32,000 bases of DNA from Adineta steineri (taxonomy: Eukaryota), in the NCBI GenBank assembly GCA_905250115.1, contig CAJNOI010000131.1, forward strand, positions 170,035-202,034, read 5' to 3'. Below, piece after piece: positions 11,893 to 21,405 of the stretch. Numbering within the stretch: the stretch's first letter is position 1; the number at the start of each line of letters is the position of its first letter. The position numbers and the translations under genes are program-made. The notes below the pieces were generated by a model, which was not told the origin of the DNA, searched no databases, and was given only the letters and a program-made list of their open reading frames with translations.

Positions 11893-12419
11893 TATTAAAA
11901 GACGATCTCGATCACATGATTTATCCTTCTAGACCAACAATTTCTACAGTGAAATTTGATCTGAAAAGCAAGAAATGAACACATGCAAATGCACTCAGAA
12001 ATATGATCTCATTCGAATATGATTGAAAAAATATGAGATGCATTTAAACGCGTTAAATATGTTTCAGACACGCGTTGAGAGGCATTTCATTTTTGCTAAT
12101 TGCACTTCAACCCGCTATATAGACACAGTGCATCAAAATGCGTTTCAAAAGTTTTTTTTTAAATTGCGTCTCCACGCGTTTATTTTTGTCAAACCGTGTT
12201 TCAAAACATTCATTTTGCATTTCGTGCGCATATGAGTTGTTTTTCATGATAAAATATATAATTATTAACATAAAATGCGTTGGCAGACAATTAAAAAATT
12301 GAAATAACAATCTAGATAGAAAGTAGAGACACTATAAAATGAACCACTTTCGTATTTCTTTCGCCTGCAAATATTTTCAAGCTACTCAAATATAACACAT
12401 TCATATTACAAATAACAAA

Positions 12420-14987
12420 TTGTCAAAGTCAATGGCAACTAACAGATTAGATGATATGAAAAAAAATGAGTTAGCATCTAGTCTTTCGATGAGTGCAGTT
12501 GCAAATCGACGTATGAACATGCAAAGAACGCAAAATGTCCTTTTAATTTGGTTAGACAACAATATTGACCATAATAATGCTGATTGCAGTAATACAATCA
12601 AACGATTGAAACGTGTGGTTAAGAACGTAAACACGTTTACAGATAGCGATCAGTGTGTTGAATTTATTCAGACCATTACCAACAATAAGGTATGCATGAT
12701 TGTTTCAGGTTCACTTGGGCAATATATTGTATCTCATGTACATGATATGTCCCAAGTCGATACCATTTTTATTTTTTGTAACAATCAAGAATGGCATAAG
12801 CAATGGGCCAAAGAATGGCCTAAAATAAAAGGAGTCTTTACAGATATAACATCAATCTATGGGGCTCTTAAACAAGCTGCTCACCAATGTGAGCAAAATA
12901 CTATTTCAATCAGCTTTATGGCATCAGACAAGAAATTGGATCAATTAGATCCATCATTCATGTATACGCAGATCTTGAAAGAGATCTTATTAACGATCAA
13001 CTTCAAAGAAGATCATTTCAAAGAATTTATCACTTATTGTCGCGAAGCATTTGCCGAAAATGAGTATGATTTACAAAATATTGAAAAATTGGACGGTCAT
13101 TATCATAAGCAAACACCGATTTGGTGGTATAATTATCGATGTTTTTTATATCCGATGCTCAATCAAGCATTAAGATTAATGGATATTGATATTATTGTTC
13201 GAATGGGTTTCTTTATTAATGATTTACATCGTGATATTCAACGATTGCATTCGGAACAATTTGATGGTCAACAATCTGATAAAACATTTACAGTTTACCG
13301 TGGACAAGGTCTTTCAAAAGAAGATTTCGCCAAAATGACAAAAACTGAAGGTGGACTTCTTTCATTTAATAAGTTTTTATCGACTAGTAAAAACCGTGAT
13401 ATTTCTCTAAATTTCGTCCAACAAGTTGCTACAAATCCTGATCTTGTTGGAATTCTATTTGTTATGTCCATTAATCCTACAGATTCAACAAGTCCATTTG
13501 CTTCTGTTAACAATGTTAGTTATTTTCATACAGGAGATGAAGTTCTCTTCTCTATTTATACCATTTTCCGTATTGGAGATATTAAACCAATGGATGAAAA
13601 TAATAACTTCTATCAAGTAAATTTAACATTGACCAGTAGTAACGATCAAGATCTTCGTACTCTTAACGATCGGATCCGACAGGAGACCTTTCGGGATGTA
13701 GAAGGATGGAACAGATTAGGTCAATTGCCAATTAAAATGAGTCAGTTTAACAAGGCTCAAGAAATTTATGAAGTTTTACTTCATCAAACAAAAAATGAGA
13801 GTGATAAGGCACCGATTTATTATCAACTAGGTCGAATTAAATATAGTCAAGGAAAATATTCAGAAGCACTTTCATTTTATGAAAAAACGGTTGCAATCAA
13901 ACAGGAATTACTTCCTTCCGAGCATCCTGATTTGGGAGATTCCTATAATAGAATCGGTATTGTATATAGCAGCATGGTTGATTATCCAAAAGCGCTTTAT
14001 TATTATGAAAAAGCCCTTGCAATCAAACAACAATCACTTCCTTCCAATCATCCTGATTTGGGAGATTTCTATAACAATATCGGTATGGTGTATGACGATA
14101 TGGGTGATTATCCAAAAGCGCTTTTATCTCATGAAAAAGCCCTTGCAATTCTACAACAATCACTTCCTTCTAATCATCCTAATTTCACTAGCTTATACAT
14201 GGGTATTGCTAACGTGTACTACAGTATGGCTGATTATCCAGAAGCACTTTCTTATTATGAGAAAGGTCTTGTAATTCAACAACAGTCTCTTCCTTCCAAT
14301 CATCCTGATTTAGCATCTTCATACATGGGCATCGGTAATGTGTATAGAAGCATGGGCGATTATCCAAAAGCACTTTCATCTCATGAAAATGCCCTTGCAA
14401 TCAAACAACAATCACTTCCTTCCGATCATCCTAGTTTGGGTGCTTCCTATTACAATATCGGTATGGTGTATGACAGTATGAGTGATTATTCAAAAGCACT
14501 TTCTTATTATGAGAAAGATCTTGCAATTCTACAACAATCGCTTCCATCCAATCATCCTGACTTGGCGATGTCCTATAATAACATCGGTAATGTGTATAGA
14601 AGTATGGGTGATTATCCAAAAGCACTTTCATCTCATGAAAACGCTCTTACAATTCGTCAACAAATACTTCCTTCCAATCATCCTGATTTGGCTACTTCCT
14701 ATAATAGTATCGGTAGTGTATATTATAGCATGAGTGATTATTCAAAAGCACTTTCTTATTATGAAAAAGCCCTTGCAATTCGACAACAATCACTTCCTTC
14801 TAATCATCCTGATGTGGGTGCTTCGTATAACAACATTGGTGTGGTGTATGAGAATATGAGCGACTATTCAAAAGCTGATTCATTTTATGAACGAGCTGTA
14901 CAAAACGGACAACAATCATTACCACCAAATCATCCAACTCTTCAACAAAGGACAAAAAACCTCGAAAACATAAAAAAGAAATTATAA
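12420..14987 (+). CDS. ADP-ribosyltransferase (R-S-ExE class) domain with N-terminal uncharacterised domain and C-terminal kinesin-light-chain-like TPR array, 855 aa, intronless
   Basis: ART motifs FTVYRGQGL (Arg), FLSTSKNRDISLNF (STS), YFHTGDEVLFSIYTIFRIG (ExE region). About 9-10 copies of the 42-aa TPR with ALAIKQQSLPSNHPDLxxSYNNIGxVYxSMxDYxKALSYYEK. Confidence 0.88.
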   Translation: MSKSMATNRLDDMKKNELASSLSMSAVANRRMNMQRTQNVLLIWLDNNIDHNNADCSNTIKRLKRVVKNVNTFTDSDQCVEFIQTITNNKVCMIVSGSLGQYIVSHVHDMSQVDTIFIFCNNQEWHKQWAKEWPKIKGVFTDITSIYGALKQAAHQCEQNTISISFMASDKKLDQLDPSFMYTQILKEILLTINFKEDHFKEFITYCREAFAENEYDLQNIEKLDGHYHKQTPIWWYNYRCFLYPMLNQALRLMDIDIIVRMGFFINDLHRDIQRLHSEQFDGQQSDKTFTVYRGQGLSKEDFAKMTKTEGGLLSFNKFLSTSKNRDISLNFVQQVATNPDLVGILFVMSINPTDSTSPFASVNNVSYFHTGDEVLFSIYTIFRIGDIKPMDENNNFYQVNLTLTSSNDQDLRTLNDRIRQETFRDVEGWNRLGQLPIKMSQFNKAQEIYEVLLHQTKNESDKAPIYYQLGRIKYSQGKYSEALSFYEKTVAIKQELLPSEHPDLGDSYNRIGIVYSSMVDYPKALYYYEKALAIKQQSLPSNHPDLGDFYNNIGMVYDDMGDYPKALLSHEKALAILQQSLPSNHPNFTSLYMGIANVYYSMADYPEALSYYEKGLVIQQQSLPSNHPDLASSYMGIGNVYRSMGDYPKALSSHENALAIKQQSLPSDHPSLGASYYNIGMVYDSMSDYSKALSYYEKDLAILQQSLPSNHPDLAMSYNNIGNVYRSMGDYPKALSSHENALTIRQQILPSNHPDLATSYNSIGSVYYSMSDYSKALSYYEKALAIRQQSLPSNHPDVGASYNNIGVVYENMSDYSKADSFYERAVQNGQQSLPPNHPTLQQRTKNLENIKKKL
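13800..14950 (+). repeat. Tandem 126-bp coding repeats (TPRs) with a 252-bp dimeric higher-order period at the 3' end
   Basis: LPSxHP landmark recurs about every 42 aa. GGTAATGTGTATAGAAGYATGGGYGATTATCCAAAAGCACTTTCATCTCATGAAAA recurs at 14334 and 14586, exactly 252 bp apart. Confidence 0.9.
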
Positions 14988-15987
14988 TTTCTTTCTGTAA
15001 TTTTTTTGAAAGCAAAATAAAACTGATGAAAAAGAAAATGTGTCTCTATTGTAACTCTGTTCTCGTTGAGAACACAATATAAACAGTAATACTCACCGGT
15101 AAGGTAAATAATACATACTGAAAAGATATGTATTGTAGAAAACACCTTCACGGTTACATTATTATATCTGAACAAGTAGAGTTTCGTTGTGTTAGATCAT
15201 TCTTTTTGTCCCAATATTCTTGAATACTTCGTACCATTCATAAACTCATCCATATTAATTGAATAGAATTTATTATAGCCTATCAATTTTGAATTATGGA
15301 CTTCTAAAAGAGAATGAAGCTGGCCTTTTTGATTATGACTATATCTGAATGAATTTCTAACTACCAATCATTGTAGAGAAATTTTCAAACCTACTCTAGG
15401 AATAAAAAAATGAAGAAAATTTCATTTAAATAGTTATTTCGATGTATAATAGAGATCGATTGCTACAACTGTTTTTTGATACGAGAAACGTCTTTGAATA
15501 CAAAACATAATAGATTTACAATAGCAATTCGTTTATACAACTTTTCCAGAGTTTTTTTCAATGAAATCGAATATTGTTTTTCACTAGAATATTCTATGGT
15601 TTCTTTAACTGATCGTTGATAGAAATATTATTTTCGTAGGTTTTAATGTCAAGTGATGGATAATATTTTTATATTTAATGAAGTATTCTCTTCATGAACG
15701 ATTATTAACAAATGAATTCGACTGATGATGAATTGATTAATCCTTTATTCTTTCTTACATTAAAATCTCTTTTTATATATTTTTTTCAATAATTTAAAAG
15801 ACTTTAGTGCTGATATTTGATTGATCAGAAAATATATTTGAGATTTCTATTTAACAACTTTATTTATTTATTCGTAATAAATGTAGTAGATTCTTAAAAA
15901 AAAGACTATATTTACAAGTTTTGTAACTAGTACATTTCTTTAAAATACATTCTAATGTAAAAGAATGATCTTCATAGATCACTTCAC

Positions 15988-16290
15988 TAAAAACCATATC
16001 CATAAGGTGATCCATAACCACCACCACCACCACCAAGTCCAAAGCCACTACCGAAACCTCCATAGCTTTGTCCACCAAAACCACCACCAAATGGACTACC
16101 GAAACTGCCACCGTAACTTCCAAAGCTTCCTGGAAAACCTCCACCTCCAAAGCCACCACCACCAAAACCGCCACCGCCAAAACTACCACCACCAAAACCT
16201 CCTTTATATTAGAAAAACGAATAATTTTAAATAAATAGATACGTTATTCTTACCATGATGATTAAAATATTGTTGTTGTCCAGCGAACAT
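15988..16290 (-). CDS. Small glycine-rich protein, 2 exons (16290-~16256; ~16198-15988)
   Basis: Minus strand: MFAGQQQYFNHHG, short GT-AG intron, then GFGGGSFGGGGFGGGGFGGGGFPGSFGSYGGSFGSPFGGGFGGQSYGGFGSGFGLGGGGGYGSPYGYGF-stop. Confidence 0.6.
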
Positions 16291-16750
16291 TGTGATTATT
16301 TGTATTTAATGAAAAATCGAGTAATAATAAATATGAAAGTATATATATGAAAGAGCGCATCAATATATATTTATATACTGATCTTTTTGTTCTCTTCCTT
16401 CTTATTTTTATTATTAACCTTCTAAAACACTCATGCGCTAAATAATATAAATATTGTTCACATTCAGATGTATCGATATGCGTAGAAAAATAATATGACG
16501 ATTGAATCAAATATTCTTTTTATCGATCGATATTTTATAGAAAATCTATCAAAACACGAATATTTTTTACGTATTACAAGATAAAATAATACTCTATCCA
16601 TATACTTTTTTTTATAGAGGAAATCTTTAATTAACTATACGAGCATTTGCTTATCTCAATATATAAATATTAAGAAGTTCACTCTTTTTATATCAATGTT
16701 TAGTAAGGACATATTATGAGATATTATCTGAAGGGTAAGATAACACAATA

Positions 16751-16846
16751 TATGAAGGATAGATAAATGGAATATTTGAAGGATAAATAAACGAAATATA
16801 TCAAGGATACATAAACGAAATATACGAAGAATAACATAAAGAGATG
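16751..16846 (+). repeat. Minisatellite, four 24-bp units
   Basis: tatgaaggatagataaatggaata / tttgaaggataaataaacgaaata / tatcaaggatacataaacgaaata / tacgaagaataacataaagagatg. Confidence 0.8.
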
Positions 16847-16895
16847 GGTGTGGGTGTGGGTGTAGATACTAATGTTAACATACCCACACCCACCC
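16845..16895. repeat. Telomere-like (TGTGGG)n run and opposite-orientation CCCACA run
   Basis: TGGGTGTGGGTGTGGGTGT at 16845-16863; ACCCACACCCACCC at 16882-16895. Confidence 0.75.
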
Positions 16896-17776
16896 TCAAG
16901 TTAACATCATAAATTCGTGCTAAGCGGGTGGGAACAGATTCAATCTACTATTAAACTTGATCAACTTGGAATTTAAAGTTTATGAAAAGGAAAGAAAACC
17001 ATTTATGTATTCATATACTTTTAACTATTAAGCATTTGTAATCATTTTAAGTATCACACAGTATATCGGGCGACTTGTTTCAAGAAAAATTAATAATATT
17101 ATGTTGTAGAGCTTGTGCAATGCTTCTCAATCAATCGTAATTTTTAATCATAGATTTCTTTTACAATTTGCTCGATATGAGAATTTAATTTTAGTATTCA
17201 TTGGATGGACACCACACAAATCTTGATTATTTTTCATTACTCGAAGCAAATAGATTCTCTACACAATTCTATTTCGTTGTATGAATAAATTCAATGAACA
17301 GAAACAAGAGACTTTTTAATGATTCACAAATACAAATTCAATTGCTCGCATTGTTTTTTTTTGTCAATTATATTCTCGTCTATATCCGTCGTTCTCATTT
17401 GATAAAAAGTATAAAATCTCGAACAAGTCATTTAATGCAATATCTATGCTAAAAATGTTCATCGACAAGTAAATTCGATCTGATTTGTGGAGTTTGATAT
17501 TATGTATTGAAAATGAAATATATGCAAATTTTTCCGTATATATTCAGTCTTTATGACTTCAACGTTGATGCAGATTGAATAATGTTAGATTACTTTCTTT
17601 TTTTCTTTTCTGTTAAAGAGAAGTAATAAAACAAAATCTCATTTTTCTACCAATGATTTTTTTTTCGAATTCAATCAAAAATGAAGTTTGGCATATACGG
17701 CAATGTAGTTTGAAATCGTATGAATGCCATTCTATGCTCGAGAAATGAAGCTCATCTACAAAGACCTTCTAATGAA

Positions 17777-17884
17777 AAATTTGATTGATTTAATCAAAAT
17801 TATTTTGTAAAAAAATCAAAAATAAAATCAATTCAGCGTTTGATTTTGTTACAAAACAATTCTGATTAAATCAATCAATTTTTT
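17777..17884. repeat. Long imperfect inverted repeat (arms about 43-44 bp, loop about 20 nt)
   Basis: Left arm AAAATTTGATTGATTTAATCAAAATTATTTTGTAAAAAAATCAA (17777-17820). Reverse complement of the right arm is AAAATTGATTGATTTAATCAGAATTGTTTTGTAACAAAATCAA. They differ by 3 substitutions and 1 indel. Confidence 0.8.
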
Positions 17885-17943
17885 TACTGGATTGCCAGAT
17901 ATAATATTTATTGCTTTAATCTTCGTTTTCATCTTTGAGAAAA

Positions 17944-20900
17944 ATGACAACACTGTTCATGAGCGTTGTATATATATGTATAAGTTTCTGGTTTTCTTTT
18001 GTCCGATCAAGTCATTTCTATGGTGGATCAGTGACATGGAAGCCGATGAATAATACAGATACAGGCTCACAAATCTCAGTGATGTTTACACAATCATACC
18101 AATGGCGACGGTCCTTTTCGCCTGATACAAAATGTAATCAATCGTTTATTATCAATCAAACACCGAAAATGCCAAATTCGACTAGTACGCTCAATTGCAC
18201 TACTTCATCTAATACCTGTGGTGGCTATACATCAATAAGCATAAATGAATATTGTACTGACTTTAGTATACTCACTGATTCTAGTTCAGGCCAGATCTCT
18301 ACAATTGAAAATATTACAGCTGGTGCACAGTTCTGTGTGGCATTTAGTGGCGGATCTTGGATCGGGTTGCAATCAACAAACTGTGGTTGGGGTGGCAGGA
18401 AGAAAAGAGGTCACAGTAGTGGCCACGGTGGCGTCAGTGGGCCTCCCAGGACTACAGTATCAACAACAACTGTAGCTGGTTGTTATAGTACGAGCGCCGA
18501 TTGGTCCATTGGATGTTGTGTTAATCTAACCGTGAGACCAGATGGATTTATTAATACACCACCAGTTGCAACAATTATTTCGCGTATGTATATATTTGAT
18601 CAATTTTTTGACAATCTCATTGATCCTTCATTTCTTTATTTGGATTTCTCGTTACGCGAATGACTTCGTTTGATCCGTTAATTTTAAGGAAAAAACGAAT
18701 TTTAGTTAGGATTTTCATATTTTTCGAAAATACATCGTTATGGGTTAACTTCTTTTCTAGCTATTACTATACCAATAAACACTATAACCAATATAACAAT
18801 TCCAGTCATTGATGCTGACGATGATTTCTTAAGGTAATTTGTAATCTTTCCTTGTTTCCAAGACACTTTCAGAGGAGTACCGTTATTATTTAGCTGTCGC
18901 TGGGCTCAAAAAACGGCTGCATTGGATGAATGTGGTGATGTTTGTCAAATGGCACCAGGCAGTACACTTGATAATGATGATTGTGTGCTAACGTACAACA
19001 GTACGGGCAAAACTGTCGGACAATATTATGCCGTCACTCTGATGGTTGAAGATTATTATGATTCATCAACACCTACACCATTCAGCAGTGTTCCTGTACA
19101 ATTTTTAATACACATTGTGAGTGCCACTGCTTGTCCTTTACAACCAACGATCAGCTCAAACTTATCGGATTGTTCGCCCATTCAGGTCGGAGTTCAATTT
19201 ACTTTTACATTGACAATCGTACAAGGATGTCCAGGAACAACACTACAAGATGTATATACCATGCCTCCATTGTATATGTACAAAGGCAGCATAACACAAG
19301 TCGGCTCGACGAGCGTATGGACAGTAACTGAAACATGGATACCCGATGAATCGCAACTAGGTTCTCAAGTCTACTGTGCCGTGGCTACGGATAGGTACTA
19401 TGCATATTTTATATTCTCTGAGTTTTCATCTCTTTCTAGTGATAATATTCAATCCGATCAATATTGTCTTACATTCATGGTTGTTCCTGCCGGACAAGTT
19501 CCTTTATGTAAAATTTTTGTTAAAAATCACTTCTTTTTGTTGAAAATTTCATCGAATTTATTTAGGTCCGGGTGATGTTGCGCCGACCACGTCAACTACG
19601 TAAGAACATTTTTATTGAAATTTTTTAGAAGACAGTATTTTTATAATTTTCTTTTATTAGAACCACTAGCATATCAACGTATGCAAATCAATATATTTAA
19701 TTTCTCTAGCCATTCTCATTGTTTCTCTTTAGAACTACTATTAGTACTACCAGTACCACGTCAGTTACGACATCAACGTTAGCAAATTAAAATAATACTT
19801 TTTTTTCTTTTCATTATTTTTTCTTATTCAAATTATAGAACAACAAGCACTGCAACGACTTCAACCAGCACTAGTTCGACTTCTCCAACATCAACCAGCA
19901 CTAGTACGACTTCGACCGATACTAGTACGACTTCAACTACATCAAGTAGTACTAGTGCAACTTCGACTAGTACTAGTTCGACTTCTACGACATCAAGTAG
20001 TACTAGTACAAGTTCGACCAGTACTAGTACGACTTTCACGACATCGACTAGGTGAGAAACTGATCACTTTTTTTCTTTCATCCACGAGAAGAATTAGGAA
20101 TAGAAAGTCTTACGATAAAAGAGGAAGACCATCAATGAAGGCTTTTAGTTGCAATTAGAGGACATTTTTCCTATGTTGATCCATTTCAAAAAGTATTTTT
20201 TATGAAAAAAAAATTTGTAAAACAATACTGAACTTTTTTATTTTTCTTAACTTTCTAGCACAACAACATCAACAACCAGGTAAGACACTTTCGTCTCTAC
20301 TAAAAATGCAGCAGTTCACAAAAAAAATTATTTGTATTTTCCCTCTGTATAGTACAACTACAACCACCAATACTACGTACGTCTGCAAGATGTCAATTTC
20401 TTAATTTATTTCTATTTAATACGTTTGCATTTCTTAGAACTAGCACTACTACAACCACTGTTACCACTACAAAATCACCTTCACACGATATAAATATACC
20501 ATTGATCGTTGGTCTATCACTATTAGCATTACTGGCTTCGTTACTTTGTTGTTGTTGTCTGTGTTGGTGGTTATGGTATTTTTTTGCTTCTCATCAGCCT
20601 TAAAATTCGATAACATTGAGGATTTTTGTTCTTTAGGGGTGGTGGAGCTCGGCGTCGGCGTCAAAATCGAACAAGCGAGAAAGAACAAGTGAAGCAGAAA
20701 TTCTCGTTTACAAAAAAATGTGTTAAATTAATGGGTCTAAAACAACGAAAAAATAATATCCCATATGAAGTTAACAGTACAAGAAGTAGTCGGATTACGA
20801 CCACTAGCATGGCCAAAAGTTTGTCTGACTCAGACGTAAACTCCAATAGTTTGAATACGATATATTCAAAGCCCTTACCAAAAAGTTACGAAAACATTGC

Positions 20901-21405
20901 ATTAGAACCTCAAGCAAAGAGCAGGGTTAGCGGCGTGAGTGTAATTCATGTAAGTCGCGTTGATAAACCGTTAACAATCAAGGAAAATGAAGCGATGAAA
21001 TCGCCAATCTCAGATGATAATAATATCTCTGTTATTGACTTATTAGAACCATCGATACATGAAACGCCACGCGTTAGTATTATAAAACTACCGAGAGCGA
21101 GATCATCTGCACCGACAGGTCGTATAATTAAGGTATCAAAAGCAGAGTCTTCTACAGAGCGACACACAAATGTCACAACTGAATTATCTAGGAAGTCGAA
21201 AGATATTGGCTCAGTCATTGTAAGTAAAGTGAACCGGCGCTCATCTGATATTCCATCATCAAAAAAAGAAAGAACAAGTACAGCAGTTAGTTTCATCAAA
21301 TTAAAACTTCCGAGGTCGTCATCAAAAGTATCTGCTGACCTTAGTGCACGATTTAGTGGATCATTTACCCAAGCAGACAGCAAAGCGGCAAAAACGATGT
21401 TTTAA
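17944..21405 (+). CDS. Single-pass type I membrane protein: signal peptide, two Cys-containing ectodomain segments, Ser/Thr-rich mucin-like stalk, TM helix, about 255-aa basic Ser-rich cytoplasmic tail; about 11 exons
   Basis: Exons (approx.): 17944-18583, 18761-18833, 18894-19507, 19566-19599, 19661-19678, 19733-19777, 19839-20051, 20259-20279, 20353-20376, 20438-20574, 20637-21405. Phases are consistent at all junctions I checked. Key peptides: MTTLFMSVVYICISFWFSFVRSS; VIDADDDFLRCRWAQKTAALDECGDVCQMAPG...; (T/S)n stalk; INIPLIVGLSLLALLASLLCCCCLCWWLW; GGGARRRRQNRTSEKEQVK.... Confidence 0.72.

Noticed and set aside
13879-14274. 131-aa plus-strand ORF (MKKRLQSNRNYFLPS...) and antisense ORFs 14209-14733
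   Set aside because: Alternate-frame/antisense shadows of the 126-bp TPR repeat; their own repetition follows from the real coding frame.
15965-16234. 89-aa His-rich plus ORF and 111-aa Val-rich minus ORF over the glycine-rich gene
   Set aside because: Other-frame readings of the GGN repeat; the glycine frame has a clean stop and a GT-AG intron to a start codon.
16751-16846. Possible CRISPR-like spaced repeat
   Set aside because: Units are contiguous 24-mers with no spacers, in a eukaryotic context; it is a minisatellite.
18761-18833. Possible frameshift in exon 2 of the membrane-protein gene
   Set aside because: Reading the exon from the AG at about 18760 in the phase required gives an open frame (..TIPINTTITNITIPVIDADDDFL), so I do not claim a lesion; boundary is accurate only to about 1 bp.
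19833-20039. 68-aa minus ORF of LVLVELVLV/DVVEVE repeats
   Set aside because: Antisense of the Thr/Ser-rich stalk exon; low complexity and no splice context on the minus strand.
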